Source: Lepidodermella squamata
Lineage: Eukaryota; Animalia; Gastrotricha
Direction: 5' to 3'
DNA length: 64,000 nucleotides
NCBI GenBank assembly: GCA_047495785.1
Contig: JBLDXI010000009.1
Span: forward strand, 682,001-746,000
Position 1 is the stretch's first letter. Each line of letters starts with the position of its first letter. Shown in pieces: positions 11,100 to 24,670 of this stretch. The translations under genes were made by a program, and so were the position numbers. The notes beneath the pieces were generated by a model, which worked only from the letters and a program-made list of their open reading frames with translations, was not told the DNA's origin and made no database searches.

Positions 11100-11166
11100 C
11101 GTCGCGAAAATATTAGCTCGCGAAATTTCGCACGCCTCTTTTTCGCGCTTTTTCACGTATACAGTA
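11100..11166. repeat. End of a TCGCGA-rich element terminating CGTATACAGTA
   Basis: Shares TCGCGAAAAT...GCTCGCGAA and CGTATACAGTA with 40916-41008. Confidence 0.55.
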
Positions 11167-11337
11167 TTGGCCTGACCTGTGGTCCAAACTTTTATTGGAT
11201 AAGAAGATCTTAAGATTGATTTCCACATCAGCCAACTTGGATGATATTTTGACGCATCTAGCTTTTTTTACGCATGAAATTAATTCTTCAGCGAATTCCA
11301 TATAACTCCAAACATTTGTTCCATTCCAATCATTTGA

Positions 11338-14300
11338 ATGGACGTCCTGGCGTTGACAAGATCAGCGTACGAAGAGATAGCTCTGCATGGTCATATTGGT
11401 AATGTACTACCCGCGAAGTTTGTCATTAAAAATTGTTTTTTTTTCTCAACAGGTGTTTGCGTTCAAGACTTGTGGTCTAAACTTGGAGATAATAGCGGCC
11501 TTGATGCTCTGTGCCAGCAGTTTATATTTCGTCAATTACTCAACTATGATTCAGTGATGTTTTTAAAGGCCGACGAGGGCTTCAGTGAGCCGTTCTCAAA
11601 CTTGCCCAAAGTTTTGTACAATAACGAACGAACTCTGGCGATCGTCGACACCGACGGTTCAGCAGCAGCTGCTCTTTCTGCTGTGAGTGTATAAGCTTTT
11701 GTAACGTCTCGACTAACGATACCTTTTATTAGCCTTGCAATTTCAAGAGAGATGCATCTTGGAGGGATATTTCTGACGAATTGAAAGCTGAAGTATTGAG
11801 CAATGGCGTAGACTATGTAACAATTGACAAGAAATATGGCAGACAGCTACGCGCCGCGGTCCGGCATCCGGAGCTCACTCAGTTGAATGGTGCATGGGAT
11901 CCTTTGGTTCCCTTGCCTTCCCGGTGCTCGGTATTGGTAAATTACCTCAGCCGCCAAGGCATAGAAGGAGGATTGTCTTGCGGAGCTATAAGTCCACTGA
12001 ACCAAGCTATTGGCGTCAAGTCGACGACAATTTTTCATTTGAAAAAGATATCAAAACTGTATAATTTAATTCGATGGCGCAAAATATTGGTTAAAAAAGC
12101 TCGGCTCAGTCGAAGCACAACAAGTGGAACTTGCGCGGTGCTACCTCGATTTGTCTCGCCAAGCTTTCTGTTACCTGATCGAATGATCACATTGGCGAAG
12201 AAGTTGGCAGATTTTATTTCAAAGTCTTCTCCTAACGATAAAACTATCGAGCTTCGGCAGTGTACGTCAAGTTTGAGTTGGAGTGGCAAGACAGTCAGAT
12301 CGGTTTTGCACGCATTCCCCGAGAATTTCACTGTTAGCTATTGCAGGTTTCATCATACATTTTTTAATTTCCGGTCTTGCGGTTTAGGTTTCTTTCAGAA
12401 AGGGCGCAGCGGCTGACAGTATCACAGGTTGAATAAATTATGAATTACAAATGACCCAGACTCTAATTGAATGACCGCTGTGTCTAGGTGGCGATGTCGA
12501 AGATAGCGAAGAGTCTAAGACAAGTTTGGACGAAACGAAAAGCGGCCAGAGAATGTTTAAAGTCATCACCCTTCAAAAGCCATTAGCGCCTGTTCTTGGG
12601 TTCGGCACCGCCAAGGCGAAAGCTGAACCCGAAGACATAGAACGAGACAATGACGATACGATACTAAATGAGGATGAAGAGGATGACATGTCCGTAGCGG
12701 TTGACCTTGGTGATAGTGCCATTATGGGTCAGTTATTTGTAGCGAGAACACCGTTGCGTGTCATTTACGAGCGAATCGCCGCCGCCGGTGACATCGGCAT
12801 CACGCTGCAAGATCTGAGATCGTCTCCGAATTTGGGAATCATCCTATCCATGTTAAGGAGGTAATCTGAATTTAATCTGTTCAGATAAATTCAGATAAAT
12901 TTTATTTTCAGGCATATCAAAATGTTGGTTGCAGCCGGTTACATAAAGTGGGCTAATGATCAAATCGGCCGACAACATGTCAAGAGGTATTTCGCGGTAA
13001 ACACTGCGATGAATCTCCCCAACGAGTGCCAGAAATCGACTTACAAAAATAAAAAACCAGCCAAAGTTAGCAACTTGGAAATCGAGCTTGTCGCATCTTC
13101 ATCTGAAACATCGCTGACCCCATGCCCGTCTCCAGCAATTCCCCGTTCGATATTTTCAGCGTCGCTCGTGGCTTCGGCCCGTAAGCAAGTCATCGAATCA
13201 TGCTTAGCCGACCGACGCGCTCTGCTGTTATCAGAATTGACTGCTAAATTGAGAACTGTGGATAGCAAAACACAAGGTTCTGTTGATCGACGAACGGTTG
13301 TGCGAATGTGTAACGAGTTGATCGAGGACAAAAAAATCGGATGTGTCGTGAAATCTTTGAAGAATTCGGTGAGAATTTAACCGCAAACTGCCTAATTTCA
13401 TTTAAAGCTAATTATCACAGAAGGGTGACGTTACGGTCTATACGGCCTACGGTGTTGAATCTGACGATGAGGCTGTTATTGGAGCAGTGGCTCGCCGTGA
13501 TCGCTGCGTCAAACCAGTGGCTGTACCTGTTTCGGACGCAAGTGAAGTTGTCTGTGGTCCATTGCGCATTCGGCAAATAAGTTCTGGTCGCGTTGCATTG
13601 CTTTATCCGCGGTTGCAGCGCGTCGAGATACTCCATTCATTTTTGTGGTATCTTGTTTACGGCGAGGGCAAGGCCGCAGATGTAAGCCGTTCTCTATTAT
13701 TTTTTGTTTGCCTGTCAGCTTAATTGTCGTTTGTCACTTTCAGCTGACAGGCCAGTTGGCATCGTGTGCCGCGCATATAGGCAAGCTGAACAAAACAGAA
13801 GACCTACCTAACAGGTGGATGCGAATAAGCCATGTTTTGGACGCTATGCCGTTGCACCTACTCGCTTTCATCTGTCCTATCGCACTTGCGATTCTTCCTC
13901 CAGCTGCTGTCACGGCTGCTATCAATAACGGCTTGACTTTCAGTCAACTTGCGCCCGACCTTCGTGCATCTGCGTTGCATACGTAAATGAAAACGAACAG
14001 ACTATAAGATGAGTACAATTTTATTGGTAATTTTTTAGGTGGGGGTCATTTTCGTTAGCCGGAGAATTGCGTGAGCAAATGTTGGTGCTGAATGCCCTTG
14101 GACTCGTGACGTTTTTGGAGAGACGCAGCCATTCGACTAGCCACCTGAGAACGTGCATTTATGTCCACAAAGCTGCTCCTATCGTACCGCTCCCGTTAGC
14201 TACTGAAACAGACGCCCAAGACAAAATTTTGACGAAAAAACTGACCGAATTTAACTCTTTCAAAGATGTCGTAACGTTTTGGTCCGATTTGCGTAATGAA

Positions 14301-17235
14301 AGTATTTTATCGCCTTCTCGTCTTCCGGTGAAAAATGAAGCCAAAGCGGAGGAAAAACCGGAGGAGAAGACAAAAAAATCACGGTTGGCTGAACTGTGCC
14401 GCCTCTCTTTTCATGTGCCAAACTTTGGCGCCGTGCCGGAGGTTCGGCAGAAATTGATTGGCAATGGCCAGGGGCCTGGCGGTTGCGATTCTCGCATTCG
14501 GCTGTCGGTCAGTACGTTCTGGAACGCCTGCAAATGGTCCGCTGTGCCCAGGTTGGACGAAGAAGTGTTGTCGAATGGCCTCAGTCAACGTCGTAGAACC
14601 AAATTGATGGCGTTGGCGGGTAGCTGCCGCCGCCGGAAGCGTAGAAATACTAGCGGCGTAGCTGGTCGGCCGAAAAAAGCTCGCGTTGCACCTGTCGTAC
14701 CGGAGGAATCTCTGCAGGTGAAAGCAGCAAAGGCCAAGCTGAAAGCAATTCGGAAAAGGACTATCGGTACGATGGAAGGAGCGTCTAGTTCAAAGCAGGC
14801 GAGAAAATCTGCGCCAAAGTCGAAAGCTGATAAAAAGTCTGGGGTTACCAGACGTCGTCGGCGGATTATCAGACCCCCGCACATCGTGACTCAGTCGGAC
14901 AACGTGGATTTCGCTGAAGACAACGGTAGAATTTACAAGACCCTTCAAGCTTTAATTGACACGATGGCCTCTTACGATTCAAAATTCGCTGTGAGCGGAG
15001 TCATTCCAAGGAACGACGATGAGCTGAAGCCGTTCGCCGATCGAGACATCGCCACCCTGGCCCTTTTGGTTTTCCACGCCTGTGTCACTGTGTCAACCCC
15101 GAAAGATGTGTTGCAATTGCAAGCGACCCCTTCGTTTCAGGACGTGCGCCGAGCTGCTGTCTTCCCGACTCTTGAAGTCTCGCATCGAGGCTGGGTTTCA
15201 CATGCCGGTGATTTGTTAGCCCAATTGTATCCGTCCCACAAGCAAACCAGTTTGATATTCCAATTCATTTTATCTGCAATCACCTGCATTTTATCTGATC
15301 CGGTAAAATATATTCATATTTCTATTGATATTGATTGATAATGAAAATTAATGATGTAGGCTGTTAGCGAAATGGCGGCCAACCCTCAGTCTCCATCGGC
15401 CATGAAAAAGCTTTGGGAGCTGGTTTTTGACAATTTAAAGTTTGTTTAGCTTCAAAAAATGACATGTTTATTCATTCAAGTACGATGTTTTAGAAACACA
15501 ACTTTCTACGAGGAAGTGCTGCGACAAGTTCATTACAGCACAACAAAATATCGAACGGCATTGATCGCTAATATCACTGAGGCGTCTGAAGTCGGGAAAC
15601 TCCGCGTAGTCAGCGAATTCTGGGGCCCGCATTGCAACGATATTTGGTCGCGAATGATGGTGTTTGAAAAGTTGTACCTTAGACCGAAGGTCAATCTGGT
15701 GGAGGAGGAAAATCGCATTCGCGGCTGTATTGCTGAGCAAACGATGTGTGCGTTTTTGATTTGCACACGACTGACTCAATCATCAACGCCTCAAAGTGGA
15801 CCCGATGAAGATATGCTTATTTTTGATCAACTCAACTCGGGCGCTACAGTACCCGCCGTCGAAGTCGGTCGTTCCGCTGTTTATCGGCAGCTGGTCGCGA
15901 GTGACTGCTCTACAATTCAGCGCGCCCTGGCCCGCTTAATGGCGGCTAAAATCACCAAGCGCGATTTTGTGGACTCGGTACTGTACAACAAAAGCAAAGC
16001 CCACGACCCGGCAGAACATGATTCAGCTGACGCGCATATCGGTGATTATTCGTTGACATCGAACGTCCGGTTCCAAATCGCTAGCAGCCATGCTGTTAAC
16101 AGCTCAAATATCATGTCGCGCATCGGTGCATTCCTGCTAAAAGCGGTGTCTTCATCTGAATCCGGTTTTACTTTCGATTTAAGGACCTCAAATCGGCAAG
16201 ACCCGGTGTTTAGGCAATTCACCTCGCCTCTCGGTGTTGTCTGTCTTGCCGGCGCGATATATTCGAGGGCTGATAACTTCAAGTTTGATCTCGGCGTTGT
16301 TCCTCTCGACCAGGTCGTGGTGTGTCCAGACCAAACCGAGCAAAGTTCGCGCAAAAATCCCGAAATCGAGCTCTCCGTTTGGCCTCTGATTCTGCAGGTC
16401 AACAAAGAACATTTGTCGACTTACGCCCCAATACACGATATGGTGCCACCGCCTAGTGTTTTAAAACACAAGGTGAAAATTCAGCCGGACGATGATCCCG
16501 CTTTTTGTGATCCATACAACGTTTCAGACGACATTTTAGCCAAAGTGTTAGCGGAACGTTTGCCGGGGAATGTTCCGTTAATTCCGTCGTATGTGAAGCT
16601 TTACCGAACCATCCATGGCTTTGGCATTGGTGGTTGCTCTTATTTTGAGTTGGCTCAAAAGTTTCCCGATGCCAACTTACGGGGGCTGGCCTCTGCTCTG
16701 TTAGAAGCGGAACTGGTCATCAATGTGGGCCACTTTGAGGAAAAGTTGGTTGCAACAAATATTGCTAGCTCCATCTGGCTCATGAGTTCGCCACCTATGT
16801 TTCCTTGGCCTTGGTCCAACGCAGATGGAAGTGTCAACTGGCTGACACTTCGAACTCTTCTAGCCTCAATAGTTTTGATTGTAGTTGATTGGCCAGGAAT
16901 CTCGGATACGGCAATTTCAAAGCGATTGGGCGCAGCTATTTCTTTCATTGCTCTTTCCCGTCTGTTAAAGGTAACTTAAACTTAATACTTGGTTCGCTGT
17001 TTCACGGTTTTAAAAATTTCAGATGCTCGAAGATGCGGAAGTTGTTGAGCGAATGACTTTTCGTGTTGAGGCGACGCCTACTGGGCTGTTCGACGAGGCA
17101 CCTGAGATATCCTTGAGTGATCTAACCGTTGATATCGATGAACCTCGGTCTAATGTGTTTTGGATAAAACCCGACGGATTGTTGAAGCTTTCAGTTCTCA
17201 TGTGTGCCGCTACTTGCCGACAGCCGGCTGTCTAA
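11338..17235 (+). CDS. GTF3C1: TFIIIC subunit 1 (B-box-binding), multi-exon
   Basis: N-terminus EEIALHGHIGVCVQDLWSKL (cf. human [20 protein letters not shown]); GRQHVKRY; VDRRTVVRMCNEL; C-terminal PWSNADGSVN...WPGIS. Confidence 0.85.
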
Positions 17236-17967
17236 GTCTTGTTTTTACCAGTGATAATTAGTGACGTTAGAAATAAAAACGAAGAATTTCAACATAATCC
17301 GGATTTATTAGATTGCATGGTCGATCGCAAGTTAGCAATTCATTCATATAAGTTTTAACAGGGATAAATTCAGCAGTAAAAACAATAAGCTGCAAAACGC
17401 TGAGCATAAGCGGTTGGAAAACGACTGAGAAGTTTCATTGATCAGGCGGCTGCTACCAAAAGTTGCGTGGAATAAAGCAACAAAAACGCGAGCAAAACCG
17501 AAACAAATTTGAAGAAAGCTCTATTACTGGTTTGCAACGTAAATGTGACAATCAGGGTGCAAATGGAAGAGCAAAGCTATAAATAACTAGAACTAGGTTC
17601 TGATGCAAATCATTCTACCAGTGAAAAACCAGTCTATAAAATGAGCAACAAGGGCGGATGAAAGATGAATTATGGTAATGCACGAGCTGCTGTGGCGACT
17701 ACAGTCTTTCTGATCTGACAACAGCATGACATTAGCAAACTATAGCGTCCAGGTTGAGATTTGGGTATATTGAAGTTTACCAAGGCAGATAACAAAGGAT
17801 AATTCTTCGAAAAAATAAAGAAAATCAGCTTGAACAATAATATATTGCAATATAATGGAGGAATCGATCCTTGGTGCAAAAACTGAGACAGTTCCTTTAA
17901 ACCCAACACCGTCCGTTTTGCCATGAGGAACACACGTGCAATATGAATACAACCTTTGAAACTAAAA

Positions 17968-20900
17968 TTAGGATTGCTGAGATTGCAGAGCGACCAGGTC
18001 AGGGAGCTCGAAGCATTTGTAAATCGCAGTTACGTACGCCATAATTCGTTGCCAATCTGCAAAAGACATTTAATCCGATAAAATGTTAAGTTCCATCTAC
18101 TGATAACTCACCTGGTCTCTCTGTGGCCAACATTTCGTCGATATCAAGCATTCGCGGGACCCCAACACTTTCAGCCGCTTGGAATGCAATCGTGAAATTC
18201 TTGCGACGCTCATTGATCGAGCTGTTAGCTTCCATTTCAGAAACCAGCTGGTTGTATGGTACGCTGTCGGGCAGGTAAGAATGCAACAGAGCACAGAACG
18301 CTAAACCATCGGCCCATGAGCTGCTGAAATTAGTTACTTCAATCCTTTGGTATCCCAAAGTTTGGTTCTGAACCCATTTCAACAAAGCGTTCCGCTTCGA
18401 TCCACCCATCTGCTTGGCCAGCAGTGAAAGAGGGTCTTTAATTAGATCGCACATCATCGTGCGAGAAATTGTCAAACGAGAACCGCCATTAGACTGATTA
18501 GGCGTGTTAGTCGAGTCCCCTCCTGCGCCTTCGCCGTTATTGCACTGCGGGGTACTGGTCACAATTGCAATAGGCGAAGAGGATACAGCCGTGCTGCTTA
18601 GGGACGGTAACGGACAAGGCGGAGAAGACGCGATAGCAATCGGCGTGGCATTCATCGAGCCAGCACCTGTCGAGGAGGCTACTGATAAAGGACGAGAAGA
18701 CTTGGCACCACTCGAGGATGCTGTGGTTGACACAACACCCGAGGAAGACGATGACGAATCTGTAGAAAGATTGACGCTGGAGGTCTTCCGAAGAACCGGC
18801 CTCACTGAGGATGTTCCGTTTGACGAGGTAGGGGTCGTGATTTCAGCGGCGTTTGAGCTAACCGCGTGCGTGGCAGGTGACGAACGACTCGCAGAAAGCA
18901 CCGAAACAGGCGAAGCTGTACCAGATGGACTCCCGCCGTGGCTAAGCGAAGACGGGTCGTTGCTGCGACGAACGGGCGACCCCGTAACGCTGTGATGATG
19001 GTGGCTGGTCAAAAGGGCAGCAGCAGCCACAGCCGCAGCGGTCGCAGCGTTGTTAGACGCAGCAGGGCCGCCGGTTTTCACCTGAGCTTCAATCGACCGG
19101 ATCAACGACTTGACCGACAGCTGCTGAGTCGTAGCCGCCGTAGTGGCGGTTGCGTTGGACGAAGCCGCCCTAAATCTCTGCATAGTCGCCGCAGCTGCCA
19201 ATTCCCGTTCGGTGGTCGATTGCTGAAGGGTTGATCTGAGGCGTGTGTTTTCTTCAACCAAACGAGCGCGCTCTTGCGAAAGCTGACGATGTTGCTCTTG
19301 CAGGGCAGCGTGTTCCTCGGATAAACGATCAAGGTTTTCCTTCGTTTCAACACACATATTATTAGCGACTACGACAGCCATTTGCAGATCGCGCTGAAAT
19401 TGCCGCCACTCCTCTGAATCTTCCGAATGCCTTCGCCTGGCTTCAGACAACTCGCTCTCCAATTCGGCAACCCGCCGTGATGCTCCGTCTAGTCTGATTC
19501 GGAGAGCGGCTAAATCAGCATTTTGCGACTCAGCAGCTCGAGCTAGTTGATCGAGCTGTTGCTGGCTGGATAGCAGTTCCTGCTCGAAAGAAGCACGCTC
19601 GCGCACTACGACAGCTAATCGAGCATCCAATTCGGCGGTGGCCGCTTGTGCAGCAGTTAACTGGTCCCGAACCCGGGCCAGCTCTCTATTCGCGATGACA
19701 AGGCGCTCTTCGACATCGGCCAATCTGTGCTCCATGCGAGCTTTTTCGCTTCGAAGAGCATCCGCTGAGTTCGATTCAGTTTCGTTATTAGTTGACGAAC
19801 TGTTGCCAGTATTTCGCGTCCGCTCATTCTCGAGTAATACTCGCAAACGCTCCAGTTCACCGTCTTTTATAAGCAGCTCTTCCGTGAGTTGTTTCGCCTT
19901 GTCGCAAGCTTGCCGCTTTTCAGTCTCCAAGCGGGAGATGCGTACCTCGCGATCAGCAAGTCTATCTCGAAGTTGGCCATTAGTGTCAAATAGTTCTCGC
20001 AAATCGTATTCAGATGCAGTCAGTGCATTCGATAACTCGGCCTGGCGCAGCAGAAGTTCGTCCCTTTCCTCTTCGCCTCGCTTAACAAGTTCTGCTAGTT
20101 GCTGCTCGTACTCCGATCGGTCAATCGAATCACCATCGCTGAGCAGTAGCGCTTTTAAATGCTCGATTTGAACACGGCAATTTTCCAGTTTTTGCGTCTG
20201 TGCACACAAGGATGCGAGCAGGACAGCTCGCTCGTCCGCAAGTCGCTCGTTTTCTTCTTGCAGCTCGTTAACGGTCTTTTGCATTTCTACAAGTTCTTGC
20301 ACGGTTGCTTGCAACTCTTCATTCGTGCTGTAATTTGTCTCTTCCATCATAGCGATTTTGTCGCGTAGATTTGCCACGTCTGTAGCTGGGGCGGGACCAT
20401 TAGCCCCAGACTGACTAGAGTGCCCCATGACGAAGCTAGCAAGTGCAGCACTAGGCGCATCACACTCACCGCCAGACTTGCAACTGTGACGATCCCAAGT
20501 GTCACCCGAAATCACAGAATGGCCCCCACCTCCGCCGAGGGTGCCCCTAATATCGGCCGAAAAGCAAGACGATCCGTGATCGGGGGTGTGAACAGCTGTC
20601 CGGCCGCATTCGGATCCACCACCCGACCCTGCCTGCCCAGCAGCTTCAGGTGCCGTGTTCGAAGTCGCAGCGTTCTGCTGTTGTTGCTGCTGACTTTGTT
20701 GAAGTAACGAAAGTTTTTCCGCATCAGTTAATTGCTCGAACGCGCCTCCTGAAATTTCTCTTAACTTGTCTCGCAGCATTTTGTTTTCGGCTCGCACCGA
20801 GTCGTTTTCGGCTTGAATCTTCAAATGATCAGCCATGTTTTGAGACATCTGCCGCAGTTCAATTTTGTACATTTCGATTTCGCTCTTGCGTTTTTCAGTA

Positions 20901-21649
20901 AGCTGCGTTAATTCAGAAATGCGTGACTCAAGTTGCTTTTTCTCGCTTTCAAACGTCGCCAGAAGTTCGGCGTTGTATGCCATGGCTGCGTTAGCGCTTG
21001 ACTTTCGCTGAACAGTTGAATGATGGCCATTGGAAAAACTGCCACTGCGAGTGCATGTAATATTTTGTGCACTAGCAGCGCGGCGAATAGGTACGCCAGT
21101 TGCTCCACCACTGCCATTGACATGGGCCTCCCCAGCGTTTTCGTGGCTCAACTGGAGGCTTGAAGCCGCTCGCTATAGAAAAACAGGCTTGAAACTTGCA
21201 AAACTTATAAATGGAATATATTACTTTGATAACGTGCGAGTCATCGACCGAGCGACGTGGCCGAATTCCATTAGCAATACTTGATCTTTTGGCCATATCA
21301 CACGAGAGCCTATGATTAACTTGTGATGACTGGGAATTCCCATTGCTTTGACTTGTCGTTTGGGAAAAGTGAAACGGAATAAGGCGTGCGCCGCCTATTC
21401 TCAGGCCACCAGCCTTCGAAGTCGATAGGCTGCTTGAAGAGCGTCTAGCTGACAACGATGACTTGCGATTCGGCTGGATAAAAAAAAATTCATTAAGGCA
21501 TAAGTAATATTGAAACGAATTACCTGGGATACCATTAGGGGTGGCAAACTTGACTCCTGGCGACTGTGATCGCCATCGTTGATCGTTGGGTTCAAAAATC
21601 CGAGTTTTGATCCCAGCATTGACTGCTCGATACCCAAAGAAGCGGCCAT
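17968..21649 (-). CDS. SPECC1L: Cytospin-A/SPECC1-like coiled-coil protein with C-terminal calponin-homology domain
   Basis: MEETNYSTNEELQATVQEL, EEWRQFQRDLQMAVVVAN, SVKSLIRSIE, DPLSLLAKQMGGSKRNALLKW...NFSSSWADGLAFCALLH; last exon DWQRIMAYVTAIYKCF. Confidence 0.92.
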
Positions 21650-21858
21650 TCATGTCACCCAGTCTCGAATTTGATGAATAATTATTTCAAATCATTCTAT
21701 GGCAAATAAATTGAATATCGGCATTTTTCTAATCATATCAATTAATCGTTGAAATAAAATGTCTATAAAATTCAGCTCGGAATTCATATTAAAATTGTAA
21801 ATACAAATTGAATGACGATGATATGGATCAACAATCTCTATCAGCACCGGTAGCGTAG

Positions 21859-23560
21859 TTATGATGAACTTCCATAAGTATTAATACCCGCATTGTCGTT
21901 TTTACTCCTGCGCGAGATGATGCGAATTTCATCTTCGTTGCCAACAGGTACATCGTCATCATCCTCCTGGGCATGTTCTATCACACTCTCGCTTTTGCCC
22001 ACTATGGCATCGCCCTGTTAATTATTATCCAATTAATATAAAAGCAGTAGCTTTGCAAAATTAACTCACATCAAAGGCATCATCACCAGTTACAATGAGG
22101 TATTTTTTCTTACGATATGTATCCCTCATTTTTACGCAGTAGAGCAGTAAAATATCGCAAACAATAGAAACTATAGCTAGAAGTGCAAAACCAGAACCGA
22201 GGTTGGTAGCTAAAGGTATAACATCGAAACGACCGCCTTTTCCTTGAATTTGAACTGAAATCATAGGCATATGCATAATTTAAATACTTGAATTAAATAT
22301 ATAAATACCGTAAAACATGACGCCATATGCCTTGTATAAAGTGCGGACCTCCTGGCCATGCTCATTTGTCCAATAATTGGCATAGCGAAAATTAAAACCT
22401 GGAGCAATGAGCACAGTGGGATCGTCCAAGCGAGAAAATCGATATTCAGGAATGCAGTGTTCAGCAGAATGATCAAAATCACAATTCCATACAATCGAAA
22501 TGGAAACCACAGCGCCATCAACAGCGATATCTGCAAACTCCATTCCAGCTTCCTTGACGATTGTTCCCAAGCGAAATACAGGGCAGAGCTTGAGTTGAGG
22601 GTCATCTGCTTGATACTCGCAAAGTTTTAAAAAAGTCGAATTTTGAGTGTCTAATACATTCCTCCGTCGAACGTTGAAAGCAGGAAAATAAACGCTGTTT
22701 TTAATGAGAACAGTGAAGTTTTCTGCCTCTGGTATAAGAGGTGTAGGGGGAGTTTTGTCTATTTCGACTGGACACCAAGCAAAGATTTGACAAACTTCAA
22801 GGCGTCAATCAAGATATAGGTGTTAATATTGAAAAAAATACGACAGGCTACCTTTGACACCAGGAATTTGATCGGAGTCTACACATTCCCCGGTCTGGAT
22901 ACCTAACAAAATATAAATTATAAGACCGAGCTTGATAAATGTTGACGCTAACCGTTTCCCAACATATCGTGAAATCCACGCACGCAAATACTCGAGTCAT
23001 TTGTACAAATTACACCAGGAACGCCAGGATCCTCTGGGCAAGTTGTGCGATTTTGCAAAGGGGTAATAATTGCATTCGTCATTACAAAGAAGCTATTGTA
23101 ACGATAAGTTAGGAAAAGAATTGCCAATCGCACGTAAAGTCTATACCTATCTTTCATCTGAGCTGGAACAACGAAATCTGGAACATCAAACACTTTAAGG
23201 CCCGAGGAAGTGTTAGCATAACCAACGCCTTTGACTTTGGTCGTCACCGAGCTTACAGGCAAATCGATTTTTTGATACCCCTATCGGTAATTGAACATGA
23301 AGCCCAGCAAAGCATGACTATAAAGTCTTACTTTTTGGTATATTATGATATATCTGACAATAATAACGTAAGAATGTAAGAGCGGAGGTTGAGTGCAGCA
23401 AATGAAAAACGAACCCTATGACAAAGCAAAGAATAGCAGCTTGAAGAAATCGATTCACCAAGCCAAGCTTCACGCTCTTTATATGAACGACTTTGAAAGT
23501 TTCATATTCAAAAAACGAAGCCAGTCCAGCATGTAGCAGCGTGCCAATCTTTGAGCTCAT
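21859..23560 (-). CDS. P2RX: P2X ATP-gated cation channel
   Basis: FFEYETFKVV, SSVTTKVKG, FFVMTN, CPED, WCPVE, NFTVLIKN, WNCDFD, GFNFRYA, RTLYKAYG, GSGFALL...CD, YRKKK; acidic C-terminal tail. Confidence 0.95.
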
Positions 23561-24229
23561 CTTGAAGTAGTGATCAGCCAACGGTTAATGGTTAATGATT
23601 TCAATGATTAACAGAGGCCTAAATCAATTCGCACTTCGCATGAGAAACAAAACCCACTCCAATGTATTTTCGGCCACTCCTCGATCCACGAGGAGCTTCT
23701 GCCGACGCTGATTTGCGAGTAGATTCCAGACGTCATGGGCTATGGTTATGACAAGCAACACGCGTATTATTCGTATTTTTTGTGCGTAGCTTATGTATGA
23801 GTTCGCAACGGTAGCGTTCAACACGGCATAGAATAAATCAGGATCCAATGTGATTTCAGAGTAGCTAAACGCTTCAAAAACGCAAGTTTACAATTGTGTG
23901 GACGGATGGATAATGGATAGATGCTAGGTGCTGGATAAGCCCAGCAGTCGCCAAAATCGCCCTGCCAGACGAGAAACAACTGAAGAAAACTGAAAAAAGT
24001 GAACAAAAGTTGGCAATCTGTGTCTCCGCGGTATATGTTTATTGGTAAGGTCATCAGCATTTTATTTTTTATTGATGATTATAAATAGGCACTTGAAATA
24101 AAACAAATTTTGCGTATTTATTTAATATTTTTGAACATCGTTATAAAAAAAAGCAAAATGAAAAATGGAAAATCGATCCCGTCAACTGTCCAGCAACAAA
24201 AGTTTTGAACTCACGTCACCTTTTCTCAC

Positions 24230-24465
24230 TTATCCGCCCAAGCCCTGTTAAATCACAAGAATTGGTGACAGGGTATAGCATTCGTCATCCGTCCATCTAT
24301 CCATCTATCCATCCATTCATTCCTTTTTGTGAGATCTGACCATCTGGCATCTGGCTTGTAACAATCATTTGGTGGAGGTGAGATCCGAGATCCCCACAGT
24401 TGTAATCTATACGGGACCCTTTGGATTGCTTAATAATTAATTGTTAATTCGGCTGAGTCCCGTAT
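24230..24465. repeat. (CCAT)n microsatellite flanked by short hairpins; possible Helentron/HINE-like relic
   Basis: CCCTGT...ACAGGGTATA followed by CATCCGTCCATCTATCCATCTATCCATCCATT; ATACGGGAC...GTCCCGTAT inverted repeat at ~24409-24464. Confidence 0.35.
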
Positions 24466-24670
24466 GGGATGCTTATGGCGTAAAAGCATCAAAATTCTGA
24501 CGAATCGATTGATAATTTGTGTGTGGTTTACAAAAATTCAAGTAGAACAAGGGTAGAAGGGAGCGGTTTTTTATTTGCGGAATTTTGTCTATTTCTTGCA
24601 AGAATGCTGATTATCGAGTTTTTCCGCCTTATCCAGATATATTTATTACTTAGATACCTCTTTAACTGCG

